A stretch of 64,000 nucleotides of DNA. Origin: Bilabrum cf. latius (taxonomy: Eukaryota). The DNA lies in contig OZ237746.1 of NCBI GenBank assembly GCA_965178125.1, positions 434,001 to 498,000 of the forward strand. Direction: 5' to 3'. Positions 12,201 to 23,600 of the stretch are shown in pieces. The position numbers and the translations under genes were made by a program. The notes under the pieces were generated by a model that was given only the letters and a program-made list of their open reading frames with translations, had not been told where the DNA came from and did not search any database. The stretch's first letter is position 1, and each line of letters opens with the position of its first letter.

Positions 12201-14953
12201 GGGCTGCATGCACCCGTCTGCCCCGTCCGATGCATCGCCTCCAATGCACCTCGAGCTGCCTTGGCTCCCTCCTGGCAGAAATCTAGGCCCAGTACCACCG
12301 AGTTCAGAGGCACCCTGCACTCGTGCGACAGGAACCGCACCCTCGACTGCAGTGCGGCTTTCTGCTTCTCTGACATGTCCACGGCCCGCTCCAGATCGTT
12401 GGTCTGACGAGCATACACATACACGCAGTACACGAGCAACACTCGCAGCACAGCAAACACAAGCCGCGAAAGAACCTAGCGCAGAACACCTTGCATGATT
12501 GTGTCCGCCGCGTGTGTTGAAAGCAGCTCCCCTATGCTTGCCTCTTGTTGCCTCTGCGTACAACCGTCCCACAGACCATCCAGTCCAGAAATCCGGCTGT
12601 AGGCGCATGCACACAAGTCGTTGGAGCGCATTCGACCGAAGGATTTTACATAATCGCCTAAGACTGCCTCCAACACCACGAGCACGGAAAGTATCTTCAG
12701 GTACGCCGACAATGATGCGGCGCGATCCATGCTGGCTTTTACCAGCGGCGATGCCTGTCTCTGCGCACCCGCGGCACTGCCTGCTGCAGTGCTGCCTGAG
12801 CTGGCACTGCCCCTCTCACTCAAGAATCGACTGGCTTCCGTGCGAGTGCTGTCAGTGCAGCAGCAGCACACTGCATGCTTGGCCACCACCGACACTTCGT
12901 GAGCCGATGCGGTGAGCAGGAGAACATCCCGAGGCATGGAACGGAGCGGGGCAGATCGCCTTACTCTGTACTTGGCGCTGCTGCTGCTGCTGCTGCTGCT
13001 GCCGTCTCCTGCTACCGAAGTTCTTCTGGCACCTCGTTTGATCATGTGCTTGGTGGCACGGGCTGCTGGGAGCATGCAATTCTGAACAGCTCGGCTGCAG
13101 CAGCAGGGGAACGAGCAGAGCAAGCAAAGTGCGCACGCTGATTCTGTCTCTAAGCAGCAAAACCGTCTCGGTTGGGCACCTTGCATTGGTACTGCGCTCA
13201 AGCTCCGACCGCGTAGGGGTCTCGGAGGCCTCTCTCCCGCATCAGAGCGAATGTGCTTCGACAAGCTCGATGGGGACCCCCCTCGATACTAAGATTGTGC
13301 CGCCCTTGCCCATGCCCTGAACTCTTCGCTTGCCTCCCCGATGGCCTCGTCCATGCCCCGGCTTGGAGTCACCAGCATGCATGTCGCGAATGTGGCCCCG
13401 AATACAGCCGTCAGCGCGATGCAGACGACGGCAATGACTTGGCTCGCGCGAACCTGCCCTGTAACCGCAATGCTGCGGAATGCGCCCAAGTCCGGCGTGA
13501 TGAGGTTGCTGGCCCGCACAAGGCCGGAATCAGGCGTGCTGTCGTTCAATGCATATGTCGATCCGTTACCCCTGGCTAGTTGCACGGGCAGACTCCCATT
13601 CTGGGCCAGGTGGTCCCGCACGAGGACAGCCGCTGCTGCCTCAATCTCTGAGGCGTGGATGAGGCACCAGCCGGAATCATCTGTGGTCACAACGCGGTTG
13701 AGAAGAGGAGCTGTGAGGATCTCCGCCTATTCGTCTGTGTATCCGCGGGCTCGCAAGCTCGCCTTGCTTGCTTCAAGAACTGCTGGTGCACCCAGCTCGC
13801 CAGTGCCGAACCGCTGCAGCTGCCTCAGGTTGCCCGCCTGATTGAGCAGGGCGAGGTAGGCGAGGGGCCTGCCGTTGGATCCCTACATGTACCCAGCGTA
13901 CGAAAGCGCGTTCCAAATGTGGCTGGCATCGTGTGACGAAAGATTGAGGCTCCCCATTTCATCATGTGGTTGCGACCACGGCGGATCAGTGTGGTTGGTC
14001 GCTGCGACCAGAGTCCCGATGTCCCGCAGCGCCTCGACGCTCCTGTAGCTGGCATCCTGAAAGGCTTGTGATCGCCCGATGCCGATAACTCCGTTGGATG
14101 CAGTACTCAACATGCCAGTTCCGATGGCCGCCACGACCAGCCACATGGCTCGTGATCCTTTCAGCTGATATTCGACCTGTGGCCGTGAAGCCGTGGTGGA
14201 GCCGATGATGAGAGAGATTATCACCGATAGGGCGACCACCACAAACGTGGAGTAACCCAGTTCAAACGTTCCAAAATTGGAGCGGTCTAATTTGAAAACA
14301 TCCCCGAACGTGACACCTTGCTCCCTGCCCAAAGCAGCCAGCATAGCGAAGAAGTACGAGATTAGCTAGGGAATGCTCTGGACTGAAACGGAAGTGGCAC
14401 CGCTTCCAAATAGTCCGCCAGACCTGTCAGGCGGTTGATAAGCGTAGTAAGCCTCGCTTGCAATCGCCGCAGTGAGGAGCAGCAGCAGGATTGTCATCAC
14501 GGATTGGCGAGAGAGTGCGTTGGCCGACGTCGGGCACAGCTCGCCGGGCCTGCGTCTCCAATTCCGCTCCAAACATACCACTATAGTAATGCCTATCCCA
14601 AACGCAATACAGCAAGCTAAAATGGCGGTGGATACCGCCCCAGCGGAGTATTGAGAAGCCCGAACAGCTACGTCAAGACCGTCTCGGCCACTTGGCGACG
14701 ATGGCGGCCCAGGCGTATCACCAGTCCCAAACTATTGTGTAGGATATGTGTAGTCAATAGAGTATGCTCTGTCAGCTGCTCTGATTACAGAGTCCCCGAA
14801 GGACCTGGACGACAATACAGCAGTCACAACAGAAAACAGGACAGCGAAGACGACCGCAGCTACCACAAGCAAAGCAGCATTGGTGCACGTTGCAATTCGA
14901 ATCATGCGATCGATGGCTGCTGCTCGTGATTGCTTACGTACTTCTGTCCCCAT
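9275..14953 (-). CDS. Multi-transmembrane hybrid sensor histidine kinase HK1 (HisKA-HATPase-receiver; ~1,890 aa, TAG=Gln)
   Basis: Eight ORF fragments in one frame, broken only by TAG. H-box FLSHECRVPLN, N-box LGNFVSNALRWT, G1 VFDQGPGI, G2 GSGLGLAI; receiver VLVVDD / LLDFSMPRMSG / LLKPV. Ends at TGA 9275-9277. Confidence 0.88.
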
Positions 14954-15477
14954 ATCGACACGGCCAAGCTATGCAGACGCAGCCGTCATTGTGAACTGTG
15001 AACTGGACGGAGCACAGCAACGTGGAAAGTCCAGGTATTCAGTCAAATCACTTAGTCATCTTGGACTTTCTGTCGCACTTAGCGCCTCTTCAATGACGCA
15101 GCTGCACCTGTGGGCAATAAATAGATCCGGTTGCGCGGCACGACTCGGAACCACTGAAAGCTGGGACCGGGCCCCGGGGACCCCTGTCGACTGCTATCCA
15201 AGGCTGGGAGGGTACACGTGGAGTACAGCCCTATATTGAACACGAATATCTGGTATGCCTACGTGTAGATACTGCATCAGTGTAGCCTTTGCGACTCGGG
15301 TCTCAGCGCTAGTCTCATGCGATCCATCCGAACATAGCGCAATTTCTCAATGGAACTTAATTTGACAATATGCATACTTGTGGTATAAGTAAATTGATAC
15401 CGGCAGCAAATTGCGTGCAGCTCACCAAGCATCATGTTCCGTATTTTGCTCTCGTTTTCGATGGTCTCGTCAACGGC

Positions 15478-17765
15478 ATGCCTTCCACACAGTATCCCCG
15501 TTTGTCAACGCATGATCGCAATATCTCGGGGTAAGCTTCCTTCTACTTTAAAGTTTGTATTGAACGGCGTCGACGTCAGATTAAGGTTAGAACCCGACCG
15601 GAGGAAGCGCCCGACAGTTGTGGCGTCCGCACCATCTGCTTCCGGCCCATGATTTCCTTGGCAAATGTCGCAGATCCGTCGCAGGAAATGCCACAACTGT
15701 TGTATTTCCATCCAATGGACTTCGTCTTGTCGTTGATATAGGAATCTGTTTCGACCAAGCCGTCGCTCAACCCTTAGCATTCTTCACGCATTCCCATGTG
15801 GATCACGTCGCATCGCTTGCTGCCCATGCCAGCACGCGAAACATGGTTCAGTCCCCCGCACCCCTGTATGTAATGCCACCAAGCATGGCGCCAGGCGTAT
15901 AGGCGGTCTTGGATGCGTTTGGTTCGTTGGATGGAGGGGAAATCCCCGCTCGCATTTCGGGGACGAAACCTGGGGACATGTGGAGCATTCAGCCGGCACG
16001 GGGCGGCGCAGCACGAGCAACTAGAGCGACAAACGTACTGTGTGGATCTCAAAGGACCGCATCCGCACTCGAGGCTCTCGCATTACAGCAAGAGCTGCGC
16101 GATGATCCGGCTGCGGAGGGTTGCTGGAAGCAGCCATCCGAGCACCCAAAAGCGGCAGACATTGCAGAAGGCTCGGCTGCGGAAGGAAAAGCCATGGTTC
16201 CAAGCAAAACACGCATTCTCGAAGCTGAGGTGGCATGGGCAGGAGATAGTGCCGCTGCTGCTGGCTGTGCCACAGGGGCTGAACCAGGGCAAGCAGGCCA
16301 GCAGGAGCAGGAGCAGGAGGCCCGCGGTGGGCACGGCCCAGCAACTCCTCTGCCACCTGTATTCTCTTCCGCGGGAGTCACCGTGAAGCCCTTCCGCACT
16401 CATCACAGGGTGATCTCCCAGGGGTACATGGCCTTCCAGAGGAGCAGGAGGCTGAAAGAGGCGTACAAGAGCCTTCCAGGAAAGGAGATAGGCAGGATGG
16501 CAAAGGCAGGAGAGAATATATACGAGGGTGCAGAGGTGCCCATGCTCGCGATCACGGGGGACACCACGGTGGATGCTCTCCTGGCGCACCCCACGGTGAG
16601 AGGAGCGCCCCTCCTGATCACCGAGTGCACATGTCCAGACAGAAGGAGGCTGACTCCCCAGGTGACCCGTTCTCGGGGTCACCTCCACGTGGATGACGTC
16701 ACTGGCCTGTGGGCCAGCGGGCTTCTCAGTGGCACCGCTGGCCGCAGGCTGCACCCGTCTGACTCCTTGTATCGCGTGCCTGGCAGGCAGCCGGAGCCAG
16801 AGCTGCTGCTGCAGTAGGGACAAAAAGAAGCAGGGGAAAGTGAAGGAGCAGCGGGGGGTGAAGTAGCAGTGGATGATAAGACTAGTGCGCCGGCAAGCGC
16901 TGCGGATGGATCGCTGCTTGAGTCGGGGGCTGGGGCTGGGGCAGGGGCTGGCGGAGACGGATGCATTTCCGCTGGGGATGGTTCCGGGTCGGAGAGCCTG
17001 ATCGTGCCGGCTCTAGGCGGGAGTGCTGCTTCATCACCAGCGTCTGGGGGTACGGACGGGGCACCGAACGTTCCTTGGGGTTCGCTATGGGACGACGACG
17101 GGCTGGTGAGCGCGACGCAATCGAAGCCCAGGATGGCCAAATCCAAAAAGCAGCAGAGCAAGCAGCAGGCGAAGAAATATGAAGCAGCAGGACGGGCTGG
17201 CGGCGGCGAGATCGATGAAGGCGAAACACCCGCAGAACTGTTCCCGGATGAATATGACGGCTGTAAAGTGCTATTGCTAAGCCACATCTCGGCAGCGACA
17301 TCGCCGTTCGCTGCGGTGCGGGGCATCATGCAGGGGATGGAGCGGAGCCTGCGGATGGTGGGCGCGCGAGTCACTGGGTGGATCGATCCGCGGTGCGATG
17401 CAGTGCGTGATATCGCTCGCTGTGAAGACGCAGATGTGGATGAGGCGCATCGCCGGGCGGAAGCGGAGCGAGCAGCTGCTCCTCTCCGAGCAGCTGCTCC
17501 AGCGGAAGGCGAGCATCGATCTGGTGCAGCTGCCGCTGCCGAACCAGTCAGTTCATCAGACGAATTCGCTTCGATCGTCGCGTAGATGCTGCAGGATTGG
17601 ACGGAAGAAGACAAGAAAGCGGCGAAGGAAGCTGCTAGGCGTGGAGAGCCGTGGCCGGGGACCGGTGGCGGAAGCCCGCCGGGCCTGCCCATAGTACTGG
17701 CATGTGAGACGAGTGACAGGGTCCCGCGGCCCGTGATCGCCATCGCTGCCTTCACACCGCTGTGA
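15478..17765 (+). CDS. Short-form tRNase Z (metallo-beta-lactamase fold, plant TRZ1-like) with long insertions; predicted intron 15531-15673
   Basis: Motifs SVAGNATTVVFP, VVDIG, THSHVDH, FRTHHRVISQGY, ITGDTT, ITECT, GHLH and LLSHIS. Reads through TAGs at 15900, 16815 and 17583 to TGA 17763-17765. Intron GTAAGC...CGCAG is inferred from phase, so exon 1 is tentative. Confidence 0.8.
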
Positions 17766-18300
17766 CTGACACGTGGCAGACGAGCGCAAGAGTGGCAGTC
17801 AATGTGCGGCGGCAGACAGGAAGTCTGCATTCGGAGTCGCAAATGCCGCCATTGCCCAACACTAGACTAAGCATGAAACTCCAGGTGCAAGAACGGATCT
17901 GGGCAAGGGAACGGCAAGGCTAGCACGCTCCCGGATCTGGAGCAGGCAACAAGTCCTAGAGGCGGACTATGTGGCGGTTTGGTGGCGAGAGGCTTAATGC
18001 CTCACGCCTCGTCAGGCCTTCCTTGCGCATGCTGCTTCATTGCGTACGTTCGACAGCCTGAGGGTGTGCCTCCCAGAAGATCGCATCGCGATGCACTTGG
18101 GACACGGACCCTTGGCATGTTTCGGTCTATATCATGCCAACTCTTTCTTCAGAGGCCTTCTGATGTCCTGACTGGCTCCGCCAGTTGGATCCTCTGTGAC
18201 AGTCCTCGGATTGTCTCTGCCAGTGGTGGGGGTAGATCTAGGCCTGGAGCCTGTTGCGATCTATATTTTTGCTTCTCTCTCTCTTTTCTTCTTCCACACG

Positions 18301-19812
18301 ATGCCAAAAATGAAGTCGGTATCCTGCCTGGTGCTTTTGGGAACGTGCGTATTCGCGAGCCATGATTTAGATTCGGGGGTTTGGCAGCACAGGCTTGCAT
18401 CTATCAGCCGAGTGAAGAGTGGCGCCAACCTTCATGCGGCATGGACATCTCCGTCCACCGGAAACGCTTTGGTCTTTTCCCCAGCTCAGTTCGGCGGAGA
18501 TCCTACTGGAAAAGCAGACAGCCTGGACGCCGTGAACAAGGCGATTGCTGCGATGACCGAGGGCTGCACCCCTGCGGGTTTGCAGTCCACTGGACCACCC
18601 CAGGTATGCGACTTGCACTCTGCCACGCTTGACCTTTCGGGTGGAACTTGGTCCATTAGTAACACGGTTCAGTTTCCTAGCGGCTACGGCAACTACAACA
18701 TCCAGGGCGGCACTTTGGCTGCGATGTCGCATTTTCCATCGGGCGCCGCCGTGCTGAACGTGGGCAACGAATCGGACGCGAAGGGCTCTAGCGCCAAGAA
18801 CATAAACATCCAGCGCCTCACGATTGACGGCAACTACGGGCTGGCGGGGACGGGACTCAACGTGTGGAACGGACAGTACGTCAACGTCGGACCTGCCATG
18901 ATGGTGTACGGCTTCTCGTAGTACGGAATCCGGATGACTGGGACGGGCGGGGGATACATTCACAACTCTTGGCTGGGGGAAGAACCCCCCTACGGCCCGC
19001 TTCCAGGGTCAGTGACCCTGGATCCAGCCCCTCGAGCCGCTGGCAGCGGAGCGAACCTCACCGCGACGTGCATCTCCTTGGAGGGTGACGAGCACGACTG
19101 CTACGTCCAGGACGTCATCATATGGAGCGGCAGGATCGGGATTCGGAGCCAGAATGGCGCAAACAAGATCCAGGGGGTGCACACTTGGAACCTGCAGACG
19201 CTCGAAGGAGGCATCGGGATCTGGCTCGAGCAAGGGACTGCATCAGTCAAGGACTCGTACCTCGATTTCTGCCCACTCGTCATCACGGACCCCAAGACGG
19301 TCGTGGCATCTGGGAACCTCTTCCTCGCGCGAGGGAATCTCGTCCTTCAGGCGAACAAGACTACCGCCGTCGAGAACTTGGTGGTGACCAACAACCGGTG
19401 GTTCTCGGAGAACAAGCCAGAGTACAAGAATGCGACCATAGTGCTCGACGGCACCTTCACGGAGGTCAGCGGGGTGACGATTGAATCCAGCAGCATCGAC
19501 AAGGTGTGGGATGCCAAGAGCACTCGAGCTACCATCACAGCGCCGTTCCCCTCCTTGCAGTTGCAGCTCAATATCGATTTCTCTGACGCGCTGTTGTTCC
19601 CTCAGGTGGGCATCAAGGAGGTCCAGTGCCAGCTCGTGATGGGCCAACCCATCGAGTACGTTGTGGCTCCTCTGCCAAAGACGCCTCAAGAGGCGGCGGA
19701 GATGGGGGTGGGGCTGCACGAGGTGACGGTGCTGCTGTCTCGTGAGCTTGACTCGGCGGGTGAGGTGACGTGCACGGTGGATCAGAGCACGAGGATCCAC
19801 GCGGCGCATTGA
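18301..19812 (+). CDS. Secreted pectin-lyase-fold (beta-helix) protein, QRT3-like polygalacturonase family (~503 aa)
   Basis: Hydrophobic N-terminus; FGGDPTGKADSLDAV, TLDLSGGTWSIS, IQGGTLAA, YIHNSWLGE, ANKIQGVHTWN, DSYLDF and IDFSDALLFP recall plant QRT3. One internal TAG at 18919-18921; ends at TGA. Confidence 0.75.
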
Positions 19813-20665
19813 CTCAGGGGTGCATGATTGTGATGTGGTGGTGGGTGTGACTCTATCGATCGATCTACCTTTGGGCCATACTGTGCGGGGCATGTTGGTG
19901 CACTGCTGGAGCTGGGGCAGAAGATGTTTGGCCCTGTCAGTTGCTCCTATGTTTGGGTGGCGACAGAGTGGTGTGGGTTGTCAGTAGTCGGTCTCCAAGT
20001 GCTCCGTACTAGCATATCCTGAATGTAGGCTGCGTGCCTATCGCTGTTCACTCGTGGATATCCTTAAAATAGTTTAAAATGATCCTCCAACAAGCGGGCT
20101 GTTTGTGTGTAGTTGTATGGAAGTCTGGATCTGGAATCCGGATTCCGGTATGTACAGCACCCAGCCGTCTGCATCATGCCAACGCAACTTCCACCGCATG
20201 CTAGGTAGCCCTACCTCCTCCACTCGCACGAGATCTTGGCTGTCGAGCACCAGCAGAAGCATCTGGAGGAAGGTACTTAACCAGGCACTATGGGGAGCCT
20301 TTTCGGTTCAGCGCAGCCCCAACTGGCCCAGGGGGCGCCTCTCGAACGAAATCGGGAAGCACCTGCGCTACCCGACCGCGTGCGGGCAAAGGCACTATCC
20401 GATCATACACCGCTATACCTCCAGCACCCCGGCACCCATGCATCGTCTTGAGATCGGACAAGGCCCCAAGCCCCAAGGGCGGCGAGCCCTCGGTGCCAAC
20501 TGGCCTCAGGCTGCTACCCCTGCTCTGACCGGGCTACCTGGTGGAATATTCGATCGATTGCCCAGTGGATCGAGTGGCCGTGCCGATGCCCAGGACGCCG
20601 GCTCCGACTACACGTGGGGCATCGCGCGCTGTGTTACAACATGATATTGTCAATATCGATCGCAT

Positions 20666-23600
20666 TCAATCGTGCCCTCCAGACACCTCAGCAATACCAT
20701 CGTCAACATCCATTGGATCTCCCCGCAATAGCTCCTGTGCCCGCCTGTATGCCTCCCCGATCTCACCCTGCGCTCTCTGGCTCGCGGCACTGCCTACAGA
20801 TCCTGTTGAATGTGGTGACCGACTGCCCCCACTGGTTTGCACAGGTCCGGTCGGCCTCTTCTAGATACCGCCTTCCGCCTGCCTGGACGCGATAGGGGAT
20901 GAGGTGAAAATGATGGCACGGTCTGGCCGAGGATCCGGCGATAATGCTCGTCCTGGTGACTTGGCTGATTGCTGGTCGCCTGGGTTGAAGCCATTGTCTC
21001 CTGATAGGCCCATTCTCTAAGCATGCCTGCTGCTTGCCTCTCGCTTCATGGTATCCTTGGCCCGAGGGGACGCGTGCTTCTCTATGGCCGCCATTGCCGC
21101 ACCTAAAGCGATCGAGCTGGCCGTCTGGTCGTTCCTGGACACCCCTGCAGCGAGACCAGCACCTGCCAGGCTGCTGCCTTTCGTGAGCCCCTCCATCGCG
21201 CTCTGCGGCAGCGCTGATGCAGCGGATCGCTCCATGGACTGCCGCGCGTGAAGATCCGCCTGCTCCCGCGCACCCCTCGTGTGGGAAGTGACCGGGCGGC
21301 TACTGGATGTTCCTGGCATACTGCTGCTGACGGGCGCAGCTCCAACTCGGTCATCCTGACCTGGGGCAGTTTCCAGCTCTGGCCCGGGGTGAGTTGGGAA
21401 TGCATGCAGCCTCTGACTACCTCCGACAGAGGCGCTTCCACTCGATGCCACAGATGTGCTGCCCAGCTGCCTCGACTAGGTCGCCGGTGGCGTGCCCTGA
21501 AACGCGGAAGAGAGGCCTTGCGTGGCCCCCCTGGATGGAGGCCTGCTGCGTGGCTTCTAATCATTGTTACTGCTGCCACCTCCTGGCGGCGCCAGCGGAG
21601 CATCACCTGGAGCAGACGCAACAGATGGCATGGGCATCACCAGCTGAGCATCGCGCAGTGAACTCCCAGTATTTGTTGGGTTGCTCGCGCCGGATGGAAG
21701 GCGACCGCCCGGCGACATGGATTGGGATCCTGCCCCACCACGCAGGATATGCTCGGTGCTATTCCGCAGAGCTTGTGCTGCGCTCCTCTCCAGGGCTTGG
21801 AGCTGCGCCCGGCCCAGCCCGCTGCCTGGAGTACCTGCCGAGAATCCTACGCCGGTTCCGGAGGATGATGGCGCGGCGCCGGCTCGGCTTCCGGGGGAGG
21901 GCTGCATGCCGGTCGGCGACCCGCCAAGGGAGGCCCTGGAGGGCAAGCCGCCCGTCCTGGACAGACCCAAGGCGTCCATCTCGTCCCCGCTCTGCGACCC
22001 AACGGAGCTCTGGTACGTGCGGGAGTACACGTCTCGGAACTGCGCGCGGAAGTCAATGGCTGCGTCGCTTTGCATGCCCATGTCCTGGTCATGACCCACA
22101 CGACTGCCGGCGATCGACCCCGCCTGAGGATCGCGGCTGGCGTATGCACCCGCGGTGGACGCACCATGCCAGTACGCAGCCCCTTCAGAGGCCCTGGACC
22201 CGCCGTACCCGGACACAGCAGGGCCCCGCGAGAAATTGCCGCGGGCACCGTACCCTTGTCTCAATCCAGCGCCTTCAAATCGAGGCGTTTCAGACACCTG
22301 CGGCTACCTGCTACTTGCCCTCATGTCGCTGTAGCTGACATGGTGCACAAGGGTGTGGCTCTTGTACTGAAAAATGGTGCTTGATGCAGCGCGGCTCGCG
22401 TCAATGGGGGCTGTCATAGATCCTCTCCGGTGACCCGCTGCTGCCTGACGGCGCGGGTCTTTCTTAGCACCTTCTGTGGTCGCGTCCCACCTAGGTGGAG
22501 ACGTCTCCTGGATGGTACGGTGGAGTGTCTCGCCGATGGCCGCGCGGGAGGCATCTCGGCTCGCGCTCGCCCTGCTCATCTGCTGCCTCAGCTGATGAAT
22601 CGACCCGTACGACGGTATCCTCCTGTCAGCGTAGGACGGTCTATCAGTGTTCATTCGCGGCGGAGATATGCCCAGCGCTTCAGTCAGGGCCGAGGAGCGG
22701 CCAGTTGCCGGAGAGCCCTTGAAGTCTGGCTGCTGCGAGTCGAAGCGGCCTGCAGCCCTGGACAGAGGACCCCCGACCAGCGCCGCGCCGGTTGCAACCT
22801 GCTCCTGGTATGACACGCTCCGGGCGGGAGAGGCCCCTGGAAACCTTCCCTGCATGGGCACCATCGGTTCCTCACCGCCCTTGGACTCGGTGTGCCTGCT
22901 CATGCCCCTGCTGTCCCGGTGGGGGTGTCCCCCTCCAGGCTCCTGCCTGTCTCGCTCTGCTTTGCGGAACGCCTCCTCCTTTGCCCTATCTCGCTCTGCC
23001 TCCACAGCGGCATACTACGACTTGTACGCCTTCTTCTCCTGCATTTCTCTCTGGCTCGCCTTGCTCTCCCGCAGCGGTTTCATCAGCTGAGCCCTCACAG
23101 CTGCTCGTTTGCTGGTGCTGGTGCCCGACTTCCCGCCTAGCTGCTCCCGCATGTGCGCCTCGGGGGCCGCAGACAACGGAAGGACAAGCTCCACCGGAAG
23201 CGGAGCCAGCCTGACCGGCCGCCTCGCCCTGCGGTGGCGGTGCGAGTCACGGCGCTTTCTCATGCTCGAGTCATCATCGGATGCGTACTTGGTCGCCTAT
23301 GCAGCAGCGTGGGCGTGCGGTTGCATATCCGGGCCTCCCATCCGATATGGGGACGGCACGGGCTTATTGGCATACGCCTTGGCACGCGTCGGGGCGGCAC
23401 GAGCGGCAACCCGACCGTCGTGTTGTGAGTCCAGCTTGAGGTTCATTCCGAACTGGAACGGCCCGAGGTGTGGTGCACTTGCCACGTGGCTGCCTCTTTG
23501 CTTGGCTGCCGACTCCTGCGCATGCAGGAAGTGACGCTCCATCGTCTTCTGCCGTCTCTGCCTTCGCTTCGTGGACCGATTCTTGAGCTGTCGCAGCCGC

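Noticed and set aside
9275-14953. Bacterial two-component operon with separate kinase and regulator genes
   Set aside because: The fragments form one frame with TAG read-through, and neighbouring genes are intron-containing eukaryotic genes (PRMT1, SET, USP).
20074-20644. ORF 20105-20644 (+) and overlapping short ORFs
   Set aside because: No domain signal or paralog support; a gene cannot be supported.
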